Below are positions 20,067-29,615 of a stretch of 64,000 bases of DNA, piece by piece. The stretch is taken from positions 1 to 64,000 of the forward strand of contig CAVUWV010000023.1 in NCBI GenBank assembly GCA_963745075.1, read 5' to 3'. The stretch comes from Candidatus Hydrogenedentota bacterium. GTDB taxonomy: Bacteria > Hydrogenedentota > Hydrogenedentia > Hydrogenedentales > SLHB01. The first letter of the stretch is position 1. Each line of letters begins with the position of its first letter. The notes under the pieces are model-generated. The model was not told where the DNA came from, did no database searches, and saw only the letters and a list, made by a program, of their open reading frames with translations. The position numbers were made by a program, and so were the translations under genes.

Positions 20067-22916
20067 ATGGTTGGAATACTGGTCGTTCTTGCCGGTCTGG
20101 GTGCTTCGGGGAATCCCTTGGTTTTCGAAACGGATTCGTTTCGCTATGAACTCTCGCCCGAGGCTACCAGCGTCGCGTTTGTCGACAAAGCGACGGGAAC
20201 GGATTATTGCGTTTCGGACAAAGCCGTCCCGTTCGCGACGTGGATTGATGATGCCGCCCATCCCGCGACTGGTGCTCGGCGCGATGGCGAAATGCTGATT
20301 GTGCAGTTCGGCGATGCCGAACGGGAAGCGTCGTTTCGGGTGTCCGCCCATAAGCGGCGGCTCGAATTTGAACTGGCAGGACTCGCGGGCGACGTCGACG
20401 CGTTGCAGGAACTGCATTTCGCCACGATACCGCTCACCTTGGCTGGGTCATTCGACGAACCGTTCGCGGTCAGCCCCCTTGCCTTGAACCTGGAAACGTA
20501 TTGCGCGGAGATTCCGGGGTACACCGGATCGCTCTCGGGCGCAAAGTGTTTCGCGAAGCTGGGCATGGAAGGTTGTGCGCTCGCTATCGTCGCATGCCCG
20601 TCGGGTGAACTGCGCGACGCGTTGAAAGACGCGATCGCGGATGCAGATGCGTTGCCTAAGTCCGACAAGGGCGGTCCGTGGGCCTTGGACGCCGACATCA
20701 ACCAGCAATCCTACTTCCTCGATACGTCCGGCAAAGTCAACGAGCAGACCGTCGATTCGTGGATCGAAATGTTGAATGGACTGGGCGTGAAGCAACTCGA
20801 CCTCCACGGCGGGTACGCCTTCCGCTTCGGCGACTACGCGCCCAACCCCAAGGAGTATCCGAACGGCCGGGACAGTTTGAAGAACGTGGTGGACCGGCTG
20901 CACGAGGCAGGTATCGCCGTCGGGTTGCATACTTATGCCATGTTCATCGCGAAGGACACGCCGTGGGTCACGCCGGTGCCGGATCCCGGCCTGGCCAAGA
21001 ATGCGGTGTTTACACTCGCAAGCGACCTGTCTGAAACCGGCGCCGATGTTCCCGTCGTGGAGACGACGGAGAAGATGTCGCCGCTTACGGGATTTCATTT
21101 TCGTAACAGCGCGACGATTCAAATCGACGACGAACTCATCGTGTTCACGGCGGTCTCGAAAGAAGCGCCCTACGCGTTCAGCCAATGCACCCGCGGCGCA
21201 TACGGCACGGCCCCTGCCGCCCACACCAAAGAGGCGAAGGTCTATCACCTCAAAGAATGTTTCGGACTCTTCGCGCCGGACCCGGACTCGGAGTTGTTCC
21301 ACAAGGTCATCGCGGAAACCGCGAAGACGTACAACGATTGCGGCTTCGACATGATGTACATGGACGCCCTCGACGGATCGGACGTGATCGACTTGAAGGG
21401 CGGCGGCCAGTTCGCGTGGTACTACGGCGCAAAGTTTACGTACGAGTTGTTCCGGCAGCTCAAGAAGCCGCCGCTCATGGAGATGAGCACCTTCGGTCAC
21501 CATCTCTGGGCGGTGCGTTCGCGCATGGGCGCATGGGACGCCTGCCAGCGCGCGCCTCAGACGTTTGCCGATATCCATGTGCTGTCGAACAGCGAATGGC
21601 GCAGACATTTCTTGCCGACGAACCTGGGCTGGTGGGGCATCTTCCCCTGGAGCGGTGTACAGCCCAAACGTTCCCTCCCCTCCGATGTCGAATACATTTG
21701 CGGCAAGGCACTCGGGACGGACAGCAGCTTGTCCTTGTTGCTTGGATTTTCACCCAGCGCGTATCCAACGAGTTACCAACAGCAGCGCCTCGGCGCGATC
21801 ATCAAGCGCTACGAAACATTGCGGTTGTCGGGGGTCGTGCCGCAGGCCGTGCGCGACCGGCTTGCCACGCCCGGACAGGCCTTTCATCTCTCGGACGGCC
21901 CCGACGGAACGTACCAGTTCCGGCCGGTGGAGTTTGCCCGCCACGATATCGCGTCGGTGGACGGGAACGATTCCTGGCAAGTCGAGAATCTGCACGAAGC
22001 GCAAACGCCAAGCATTACGATCGAAACCCTGCTTTCCGCCGAGGCCTACGATTCACCGGGCTCGGCGCTGGTCGAAGACTTCTCCAATCCATCCGCGTAC
22101 ACCCAAGTCCAGTGCAATCAGGGCGTATCCGCCACGTTCTCCATCGTTGACACGCCGGTGCACGACGCGCCTGTAAGCGCGTCTTTCGTGGCGACCAATC
22201 AAAGCGCGGAGCGCACGCGCGCCTGGGTCACCGTTCAGCGGACCTTCGATCCGCCCATCGACTTGAGCGGGCGCGGAATGGGGCTATGGGTGCACGGCGA
22301 CGGCAAGGGGGCGTTGCTCGATCTTCAGATTCGCTCGCCTAAACACGTGACCTTCGCGCTAACCGAACACTACATGAAACTCGATTTCACGGGCTGGCGT
22401 TACGTCGAATTGATCGACACCGAGGACTACGCCATCGAGCGCTACGAGTGGCCCTATTCCCGTCCGCGCAGCGAGTGGGAGAACAACCTGGCATCCGCCA
22501 TGGGTTTCGCCTATCCCGTCTACCACGCCCATCTCAACTACGGCCAGATCGGGGAACTGCACTTGGCGCTCAACGATCTGCCCCAGGGCGAGGAAGTGCG
22601 GGTCTTCCTTGGGCCGATCCGGAGCATCCCGCACAAGACCGTGACCTTCCACAATCCGGAACTCACGTTCAACGGGCAGCGCATCGCGTTTCCCGTGACT
22701 TTGGAAAGCGGTCACATGCTCGAATTCACCCCGCCGAACACCTACACCGTCTGCGACAAGGCGGGTGAGTTAATTACGACCGGCACCATCGAGGGCGAGG
22801 CCCCGCTGCTCCAACCCGGCGGCAACACCATCGCGTTCAAGGCCGAGCCTCCCGAGGACGCCACGCTCCACGCACGCGTCACCCTGACTACGGCGGGGGA
22901 GGCGCTCGGGGGGTGA
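20067..22916 (+). CDS. Large secreted hypothetical protein, probable glycoside hydrolase-like TIM barrel plus CBM-like domains
   Basis: Short signal; LKNVVDRLHEAGIAVGLH and GFDMMYMDALD; CBM11-like GMGLWVHGDG..LDFTGWRYV. Confidence 0.65.
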   Translation: MVGILVVLAGLGASGNPLVFETDSFRYELSPEATSVAFVDKATGTDYCVSDKAVPFATWIDDAAHPATGARRDGEMLIVQFGDAEREASFRVSAHKRRLEFELAGLAGDVDALQELHFATIPLTLAGSFDEPFAVSPLALNLETYCAEIPGYTGSLSGAKCFAKLGMEGCALAIVACPSGELRDALKDAIADADALPKSDKGGPWALDADINQQSYFLDTSGKVNEQTVDSWIEMLNGLGVKQLDLHGGYAFRFGDYAPNPKEYPNGRDSLKNVVDRLHEAGIAVGLHTYAMFIAKDTPWVTPVPDPGLAKNAVFTLASDLSETGADVPVVETTEKMSPLTGFHFRNSATIQIDDELIVFTAVSKEAPYAFSQCTRGAYGTAPAAHTKEAKVYHLKECFGLFAPDPDSELFHKVIAETAKTYNDCGFDMMYMDALDGSDVIDLKGGGQFAWYYGAKFTYELFRQLKKPPLMEMSTFGHHLWAVRSRMGAWDACQRAPQTFADIHVLSNSEWRRHFLPTNLGWWGIFPWSGVQPKRSLPSDVEYICGKALGTDSSLSLLLGFSPSAYPTSYQQQRLGAIIKRYETLRLSGVVPQAVRDRLATPGQAFHLSDGPDGTYQFRPVEFARHDIASVDGNDSWQVENLHEAQTPSITIETLLSAEAYDSPGSALVEDFSNPSAYTQVQCNQGVSATFSIVDTPVHDAPVSASFVATNQSAERTRAWVTVQRTFDPPIDLSGRGMGLWVHGDGKGALLDLQIRSPKHVTFALTEHYMKLDFTGWRYVELIDTEDYAIERYEWPYSRPRSEWENNLASAMGFAYPVYHAHLNYGQIGELHLALNDLPQGEEVRVFLGPIRSIPHKTVTFHNPELTFNGQRIAFPVTLESGHMLEFTPPNTYTVCDKAGELITTGTIEGEAPLLQPGGNTIAFKAEPPEDATLHARVTLTTAGEALGG

Positions 22917-22939
22917 GGGAACAAGCGTACATACCCCGA

Positions 22940-22968
22940 TTGAATTATATGCATCAATAATGCATAAT
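22940..22968 (+). promoter_or_regulatory. Sigma70-like promoter with palindromic operator for vapBC
   Basis: TTGAAT-N17-CATAAT; inverted repeat TATGCAT-caata-ATGCATA at 22948-22966. Confidence 0.6.
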
Positions 22969-22975
22969 GATACAT

Positions 22976-23176
22976 ATGAGAACTACGCTCAATATAGACG
23001 ACGAATTGGTGGACAAGGCTTCCAGCCTGACCGGGATCAAGGAAAAGACCTCGCTGGTTCGCATGGGTTTGGAAGCACTCATCGCTCGGGAAAGTGCTCG
23101 GCGTCTGGCTGCTTTGGGCGGGACTGAACCGGGCCTTGAACCGGTGCCAAGACGGCGGGCAGCCAAGCTGCGATGA
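22976..23176 (+). CDS. vapB: Type II TA antitoxin, VapB family
   Basis: MRTTLNIDDELV..KEKTSLVRMGLEALIARESARRLAALGG; overlaps vapC (ATGA). Confidence 0.9.
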   Translation: MRTTLNIDDELVDKASSLTGIKEKTSLVRMGLEALIARESARRLAALGGTEPGLEPVPRRRAAKLR

Positions 23177-23529
23177 TACTCGTTGATACGTCGGTATGGG
23201 TCGACCATTTCCGGAATGGCAATGCTGTGCTTGAAACGTTGCTACACGATGGCGAGGTGATGACGCATCCTTTTGTCGTGGGCGAGCTTGCCTGCGGATC
23301 GCTCGCAAATCGCAACACGATTCTCGCGCTGCTCCAAGAACTTCCGGAAGCACCGTCTGCAGAGCACGACGAAGTCATGAGTCTGGTTGAACGGAAGCGC
23401 TTGTGGAGCCAGGGCATCGGTTGGATCGATGCACATCTGCTGGCGTCCTCGTTGCTCGCAAACACACCGGTCTGGTCTTTGGACAAGCGGCTTCAATTGG
23501 TTGCCGGAAGTCTTGGCGTCGCAAAATAG
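23173..23529 (+). CDS. vapC: Type II TA toxin, VapC PIN ribonuclease
   Basis: ILVDTSVW, HPFVVGELACG, IGWIDAHLLAS, WSLDKRL. Confidence 0.92.
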   Translation: MILVDTSVWVDHFRNGNAVLETLLHDGEVMTHPFVVGELACGSLANRNTILALLQELPEAPSAEHDEVMSLVERKRLWSQGIGWIDAHLLASSLLANTPVWSLDKRLQLVAGSLGVAK

Positions 23530-23576
23530 GTTCTCGTGTCGCGGGCTTCCTTCAAGTTTGCTTCGCTCGGCGTTCC

Positions 23577-23999
23577 TTACTGCTCGTTGCCCTGAATCCG
23601 GTCAAGCGCGTCGCGAGGGTTGAGTATCGGGATGCCCTGAGCTTGGCCGAGGGCCACCAAATGGCTTTTGTCGCCCGATACAATGAGGTCAGCTTCGCCG
23701 GCGATGGCCGTTGCCAGTACTGGATTATCCTTCGGGTCCGGAGATAGGTCTACTTCCGGTAGCGTAGTAACCACCACCCCGACGGATTCCATGTTGTACA
23801 CGAGGTCTTCGACTTCTTCGCGCGAAATCCGCTCACGCAAGTGTTTTCGGCTGCAAACATCACGGAGCTCGTCGGTAAGATGAGATGAGGAAACAATCGT
23901 GTGCTGGTTTTGCTTAATAGCAGTCAGAATCTGACCGGGGGGACCGTTGCTGGAAAGCAGGGCACTTACCAGAATATTCGTATCAAGCAGGATTCGCAC
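23577..23999 (-). CDS. PIN-family putative toxin (TIGR00305-like)
   Basis: LDTNILVSAL, DPKDNPVLATA, IVSGDKSHL. Confidence 0.9.
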   Translation of the reverse strand: MRILLDTNILVSALLSSNGPPGQILTAIKQNQHTIVSSSHLTDELRDVCSRKHLRERISREEVEDLVYNMESVGVVVTTLPEVDLSPDPKDNPVLATAIAGEADLIVSGDKSHLVALGQAQGIPILNPRDALDRIQGNEQ

Positions 24000-24219
24000 G
24001 GACTGCCTTTAAGGCTTCATCCGCGAGGGCCTGGGCTTCCTCAGGCGAGAGGTCCCTGTTCCGTTCTTGGATGGCATCGACGGTATCCCAAAAAACGGCC
24101 CGCCTTACGGCTCGGTCGACGTACTTTGACAAGTCGCCTTTCTTACCACCGGTGCGCGCCAGGTAGCTACGCACGCTCCGGTCTGTTTCCTCTGATATGA
24201 CCAAATTCCAACGGCTCAT
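23983..24219 (-). CDS. Ribbon-helix-helix antitoxin-like protein (XACb0070-like)
   Basis: RWNLVISEETDRSVRSYLA..GDLSKYVDRAVR; overlaps the PIN gene start. Confidence 0.8.
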   Translation of the reverse strand: MSRWNLVISEETDRSVRSYLARTGGKKGDLSKYVDRAVRRAVFWDTVDAIQERNRDLSPEEAQALADEALKAVRANPA

Positions 24220-24234
24220 GACGGGCTCCATATA

Positions 24235-24279
24235 TGTGTTTATACACACAACTTTACCCCAGTTTTGAGGAGGTTGCAA
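24235..24279 (-). promoter_or_regulatory. Sigma70-like promoter and operator of the RHH-PIN module
   Basis: Minus strand TTGCAA-N17-TAAAGT, followed by the near-palindrome TGTGTGTATAAACACA. Confidence 0.55.
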
Positions 24280-24312
24280 GAAGAACCGACTAGATTCGAG
24301 CGGTCTAACTAC

Positions 24313-24350
24313 TTGACGGCCCTTTCAAAGTGTGTTACACTTTCGACACA
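24313..24350 (+). promoter_or_regulatory. Sigma70 promoter with overlapping YtrA/GntR-type operator
   Basis: TTGACG-N17-TACACT with TGn extension; TGTGT-N10-ACACA and AAAGTGT-gtt-ACACTTT overlap the -10. Confidence 0.65.
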
Positions 24351-24387
24351 GTGAAACTGTACTGCGGCCTCTGGAGGGCCGGTCATC

Positions 24388-24831
24388 ATGCTACATCTTA
24401 CCGTGAATCAGGGCGACGGCGTTCCGCTCTATCTCCAATTGGTGCAACAGATTAAGCACCTCATCGCTACCGCGCGGTTGCAACCGGACAGCGAATTGCC
24501 GTCCGTGCGGGCCTTGTCCGAGCAGTTGCTGGTCAACCCCAATACGGTCGTGCGGGCCTATCGGGAACTGGAGACAGCGGGGCTGATTTACAAGAAGCGC
24601 GGTGCCGGGACCTACGTCGGGGCCGCGACCACGCCGTACACCGACGAGGAATGCCGGCGGATCCTGTCGCAACGGGCCGACGCGCTCATTGTGGAAGGCC
24701 GGAACCTGGGGTATAGCGCGGACCAACTCGTCGAACTGCTGCATGAACGCGACCGGGCCTTGAACGGGCACGCACGTCAACCCGAGGGAAACTCAACGAA
24801 AAAGGGGCATGCACTCAACGATGGCGTCTAG
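24388..24831 (+). CDS. GntR family regulator, YtrA subfamily
   Basis: PLYLQL, LPSVRALS..VNPNTVVRAYRELE, GAGTYV; short C-terminal helices; precedes ABC genes. Confidence 0.92.
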   Translation: MLHLTVNQGDGVPLYLQLVQQIKHLIATARLQPDSELPSVRALSEQLLVNPNTVVRAYRELETAGLIYKKRGAGTYVGAATTPYTDEECRRILSQRADALIVEGRNLGYSADQLVELLHERDRALNGHARQPEGNSTKKGHALNDGV

Positions 24832-24835
24832 CTCA

Positions 24836-25002
24836 AAGAACATCCACCTTGATCCCCCTTCAAAGGGGGAATTGCCCGCGACGCTTTGCGTTGCGTCTTT
24901 GTCGAACCCACGACTTCGTCTGGTGACAATCAACGTTGACTGCTTCGTAAACGTGGGTATGCGAATTTCCCCCTTTGAAGGGGGATCAAGGGGGATGTTC
25001 TT
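24836..25002. repeat. MITE/REP-like element, family A copy 2 (inverted relative to copy 1)
   Basis: aagaacatccaccttgatcccccttcaaagggggaatt ... atttccccctttgaagggggatcaagggggatgttctt. Confidence 0.9.
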
Positions 25003-25116
25003 CCGCTGCAACGGGAAATCGGCCCGAGGAAGGGTAACTCAGGGCAGGGTAATGGCCCGAAAGCCCTTCAGAAGATATCGTGGCGATGTCCGCCGACCCC
25101 AAGAGCGCAGAAAGGA

Positions 25117-26043
25117 ATGGGAATGATGGTAGAGCAACAATCCGAATCGTTGGTAACGGTGCGCAACCTGTCGTGCCGGTTCGGCCGGAAAGTCGCGCTG
25201 GACGGGGTAAGTCTCGACATCACCAAGGGCCGGGTCTTTGGGTTGATGGGCGAAAACGGCGCGGGTAAGACGACCCTGATCAAGCACATCCTCGGCGCGC
25301 TCACGCCGAAACAGGGCGAGGTTCGCGTATTCGGCGTCGACCCGACGCGGAACCCGCCCGCCGTGCTCTCGCAGATCGGCTACCTCTCCGAGGATCGTGA
25401 TTTGCCCAAGTGGATGCGCGTCAAAGAGGCGTTGCGTTACACCCAGGCCTTTTATCCCGACTGGGACGAGTCGTATGCCGAACGCCTGCGGGAACAGTTC
25501 CGGCTTCCCGCGAATGCCCGCATCCGCAATTTATCCCGCGGTGAGAAGGCGAAGGCCGGTCTACTGCTCGCGCTGGCCCACCGGCCGCAACTGTTGTTGC
25601 TCGACGAACCGTCTTCGGGGTTGGACGCGGTCGCGCGGCGCGACATCCTCGGCGTGGTGGTGCGGTCGGTCGCGGAAGAGGGGCGAACGGTAGTCTTCTC
25701 TTCGCACCTGCTGGACGAGGTCGAGCGGGTGGTCGACAACGTCGCGATGATCCACCACGGGAAACTTGCGTTGCACATGCCCATGGACGAGCTGAAGGCC
25801 ACGCACCAGCGGCGGGTCGTCGCGTTCGCCGAACCGGTCGCTACCTTCCCCGCGCTGGATTGCGTGCTGCACGTGGAGGGTGAAGGCCGCGAATGGGCCG
25901 TCATCACCCACGGCGAGGCGGACGTCACGCGCAGCACATTGGAGCAAGCCGGTGCGCGCATTCTCGACGAAAGCACCCCTTCGCTCGACTCCGTTTTTGT
26001 CGCTCGGGTAGTCGGCAGTCAAACCATGCAGGCGGTGGCATAG
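25117..26043 (+). CDS. ABC transporter ATP-binding protein (YtrB-like)
   Basis: GENGAGKTT, LSRGE, LLLLDEP, SSH. Confidence 0.95.
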   Translation: MGMMVEQQSESLVTVRNLSCRFGRKVALDGVSLDITKGRVFGLMGENGAGKTTLIKHILGALTPKQGEVRVFGVDPTRNPPAVLSQIGYLSEDRDLPKWMRVKEALRYTQAFYPDWDESYAERLREQFRLPANARIRNLSRGEKAKAGLLLALAHRPQLLLLDEPSSGLDAVARRDILGVVVRSVAEEGRTVVFSSHLLDEVERVVDNVAMIHHGKLALHMPMDELKATHQRRVVAFAEPVATFPALDCVLHVEGEGREWAVITHGEADVTRSTLEQAGARILDESTPSLDSVFVARVVGSQTMQAVA

Positions 26044-26045
26044 CC

Positions 26046-29000
26046 ATGAACAGCAATTCGAAAGCGGCGGAAGGCGCGTTGCGCCGGGAAACCGGCAGGC
26101 TTGGCACCATGATCAAGGCTTTGGCCTGGGAGGAGTGCCGCGTCGGCGGCGTCATCGCCGGTTGGTGCCTCATCGTAGGATTGCTTGGTCTTGCCTTCAG
26201 CCGCGCGTCATTGAGCGCCTCGGCGTGGAGCCACGATCCGGAACTCATCTTGCTCTTTGCGGTGGGGATGCCCATGCTCACGGCGCTGCTGCTCATTCTC
26301 AGCACGGACTACTCCGGCCATCTCGTCGGTGGGTTCTCCCAACGCATCCTACACTTGCCCGTACGGGCGTCCGCGGCCGTTGTAGTCGCGCTCTTGGCAC
26401 GAACCGTCTTTGTCTTTGTGTCCGCGTTCGTATTCACGACCGCATGTTACGCGCTGTTCGGCGATGGACCCGGAATCGGCGCGATTCCGGGCATCACGTT
26501 GGTCTATCTGCTCGCACAGACCATCGATTGGTTGCGAAAACCTCTCTCGGGGTTGTCGAGTTTGCTCATTGTCGCGTTTGTCGTTGCCTCCATTCTCCTG
26601 GGTCTCGGCGGGGCCATGGAAGACGCCGCGCGAAGTTTGGCAAATCATCCGGAGGCCCTGGCCATTCTGCTGTGCCTCGCACTTGCACCCGCCTACGGCG
26701 TTGCCGTTGCAGCGGTACACGCCGCCCGCGTTGGACGGCGAATTGGCATCCCGGAGCTTTGGGAATGGCCGCGCTACATTTCAGTGCCATGGCTCGTACG
26801 GAGCAGACCGTTCGCCACGCCACTGGCGGCGCAGGTCTGGTTTGACTTGCGGCGCACGTGGTGGATATTGCCGGGGGTTACGGTGCTTTTCTGCATTGTT
26901 GTTCCGATAGCGCTTTGGCTGAACGCTAAACCCGACGAGACGCTGCGCGAGTACTTTCCCTTCATGGTAGGTCTTCCCGCCTTTGCCGGAATTGTATTTG
27001 GCGCGGTTATGCACGGCGGATTGGCTGGTCGCCGCTACGCCAAGACGCAGGCGCAATTCCTGAACCCGTTAACCAGCGCGCAGTTCGCCTTCGCGCGAAT
27101 CATCACGAACGCGACCATCCTGGTTCCCGTTGTCGCGGTCGTGCTCGTTCTCCACTTGAGCCTCGATGGTAACCGCTTCATCTCTGAAGTCATCCCGAAC
27201 GCACTCGCGATAGACGCCACGTCGTACCGCGAAGTTCTTTGGGTGCTGCTCGGCCGGGGGCTATTGGTTGGACTGATCGCATGGCCGCTGATGAACGGTG
27301 GAAACCGCACGATTGCGGGCCTGCTCGCCGCCGAAGTGGCGCTCGCCGCCACGCTGGGCTCGTTTCATTGGAACGATCTCGTCGATTGGCACGACACGCG
27401 CATGCTCCTGCCCGTCTTTGCTATCGCCGTCACTATCGGCGCATGTATCCGCGCATGGAAGACGGGCGTCCTTTCATTGCGGGCGCTATGCCTGTCCGTC
27501 GGCGTGTGGGCCTTGGCCACGTGGGTGCTGCTGCATGCGGAATTCTCGGCGCAAATGCTGAACGGTTCGCAATGGCTCTGGTACACGACCGGCCTCATCA
27601 CATGCCTGGCGTGGGGAGCACTGATCCCGTTGCCGTACGTGGGCACGGCGTTGGATGTGCGCCGCCGCCGGCACGGGAAAGCGGCCCCGCAGGACCCGGT
27701 GCAACACATCACGGCCGACACCTCGCTTTTCAACGGGAACGCGCGCACTGTGGGCCGAGGGCTGGTGGCGACCCTGGTCGTGTTTCTGGTTTGGCTCGCC
27801 TGGCCCGCGCGTCCGGCGTATGAAGCCTACTGGCGAGCCCACGGCTACCCGGTGACGCTTCAAGAATTGAATAACTGGTACCCGGAGGTACCCGACAGCG
27901 AAAACCGGGCGTTGGCGTACCTGAAAGTGGTGGATCAATATGACCGTGCGCACGCAACGTGGGTAGCGCATTACAAAGAGTCAGACGCCGAAACCGAACC
28001 TTCGCAAGGGAAACCCGGTATTCCGGGTCCAGCGCCCGCACGTCCCGAATCTATGCAGAGTGTCGATGAACGTCTCCTCATCGTCGGGAGCGGCAAGCTA
28101 GAACGAGGAATACCGATTGCTGCGGCGACGTGGCGAACTACCGAGGCGTACTGGCAAGGCGTTACGTCCAAAATCGCGCCGGAATTGGAACAGGTCGGGG
28201 CCGAACCCATGGCCGGCAGCCGGTACCCTATTGATTTGCGAAAAGGGTTTGCCACCGATTTGCCTTACCTCGCGAACTTGCGAAACCTGGCCCGGCAGCT
28301 TTCCCTCGATTCGGTGCATTGGACCATCGCCGGCGATCCGGAAAGGGCGGCCCAATCTATCGATGCGCTGTTCCCTCTCGCGAACTCCCTTTCTGAAGAG
28401 CCATTGCTCATTTCCCAACTGGTTCGATTCGCGATTCTCGGTATCGCATATGCCGATGCCGAGGACCTCATGAATCGGTCGGTACCGTCGGACCAAACGC
28501 TTGTTGATCTGGAGCGAACGTTTTCGAATGCGCTGCCGCCGGCCGACGAGAGAATGATGCTGGACCACGCCCTAGTGGGCGAAGCTACGGTAACACTGAA
28601 TACGATTGCATCACCGGACGCACTGGCCGCCACCAGCCCCAGTCTTGGTAGCAACCAACGTCTACTATCGGGAACGGCGGTACTCTTCTGGCAACTGGTC
28701 GCGCCCGCTGCCGCGGAACGCATGGCGATGATGGACTTTTACAATCGCTACTTGACCGTCCCGCAGCGGCCGTCTTACGACTACGCGGCGTCGGGCGATA
28801 GGGACATGGGATGGTTGGGCGAGGACACGGGTTTCTTTGCGCCGCTGTCCGCCATCTTGACCCCCGCTCTTTCCAGCGCCTACGACGCCGAATGGCGGAT
28901 TCGCGCGCAATTCGATATCGCCCGCACGGCCATCGCGGTGGAACGGTATCGCCTGGCCAACGGCCGGTTGCCGGATACGTTGCAGGAGCTCGTGCCCACA

Positions 29001-29216
29001 TATTTGCCCGCAGTGCCGATGGACTACTTCGCCGGTGGCGACGAGACGCTTCGCTACCGTCAACTTGGTGGCGAGTCGTACGTAGTCTACAGCGTCGGAC
29101 GAAACGCCCGGGATGACAACGGCGAAGAGATGGACAACTGGTGGAGCGAAGGCGACATCACGTTTACCGTCGCGCCGCTCCGCGTTCGGACGGATCCGCA
29201 GGTCGCGCCGGCGTAA
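26046..29216 (+). CDS. ABC-2-type permease-like multi-TM protein fused to a soluble domain ending in a GspG-like motif
   Basis: MIKALAWEE and LAAQVWFDLRR permease-like repeat starts; many TM segments; C-terminal RYRLANGRLPDTLQELVPTYLPAVPMD..YSVGRNARDDNG. Confidence 0.75.
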   Translation: MNSNSKAAEGALRRETGRLGTMIKALAWEECRVGGVIAGWCLIVGLLGLAFSRASLSASAWSHDPELILLFAVGMPMLTALLLILSTDYSGHLVGGFSQRILHLPVRASAAVVVALLARTVFVFVSAFVFTTACYALFGDGPGIGAIPGITLVYLLAQTIDWLRKPLSGLSSLLIVAFVVASILLGLGGAMEDAARSLANHPEALAILLCLALAPAYGVAVAAVHAARVGRRIGIPELWEWPRYISVPWLVRSRPFATPLAAQVWFDLRRTWWILPGVTVLFCIVVPIALWLNAKPDETLREYFPFMVGLPAFAGIVFGAVMHGGLAGRRYAKTQAQFLNPLTSAQFAFARIITNATILVPVVAVVLVLHLSLDGNRFISEVIPNALAIDATSYREVLWVLLGRGLLVGLIAWPLMNGGNRTIAGLLAAEVALAATLGSFHWNDLVDWHDTRMLLPVFAIAVTIGACIRAWKTGVLSLRALCLSVGVWALATWVLLHAEFSAQMLNGSQWLWYTTGLITCLAWGALIPLPYVGTALDVRRRRHGKAAPQDPVQHITADTSLFNGNARTVGRGLVATLVVFLVWLAWPARPAYEAYWRAHGYPVTLQELNNWYPEVPDSENRALAYLKVVDQYDRAHATWVAHYKESDAETEPSQGKPGIPGPAPARPESMQSVDERLLIVGSGKLERGIPIAAATWRTTEAYWQGVTSKIAPELEQVGAEPMAGSRYPIDLRKGFATDLPYLANLRNLARQLSLDSVHWTIAGDPERAAQSIDALFPLANSLSEEPLLISQLVRFAILGIAYADAEDLMNRSVPSDQTLVDLERTFSNALPPADERMMLDHALVGEATVTLNTIASPDALAATSPSLGSNQRLLSGTAVLFWQLVAPAAAERMAMMDFYNRYLTVPQRPSYDYAASGDRDMGWLGEDTGFFAPLSAILTPALSSAYDAEWRIRAQFDIARTAIAVERYRLANGRLPDTLQELVPTYLPAVPMDYFAGGDETLRYRQLGGESYVVYSVGRNARDDNGEEMDNWWSEGDITFTVAPLRVRTDPQVAPA

Positions 29217-29615
29217 GAACGATCGAAGGATCTGCGTCTTACGTGGCTTAAGGGGCCTGGTGAAATCGGCTACACGGAGCGCGAGGACCTTGGGCAAGAT
29301 GCCCAAGCCACAGGAATTCGCATTGATTGGATGTGACTCGTCCACCGTCGGATCGTTGGCTTGGCGGGTAGGAAACCCCGTCCTTCTTGCGGGCCGGATT
29401 GTAGGTCGATCGAACGCAGAATCGGGGCGAATGGCCCGTTCCTGACGACTCGTACGTTGTGCTTGAGCAAGGATAGAGAGGATCGTGTTCGGAGCAAGGG
29501 CTCGATATTCCGTCACCTCGCTTAGTCTATCGGATTGTGTTTTCTCGAGCACAAGCATGAGCACGAGCACGATGAAGATTGCCAATATACGCTCGGGCCG
29601 CAGTCGATGTCTTTC

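Noticed and set aside
19789..25002. Palindromic repeats as a CRISPR array
   Set aside because: The repeats are inverted pairs 5 kb apart, not direct repeats with regular spacers, and no cas genes are present
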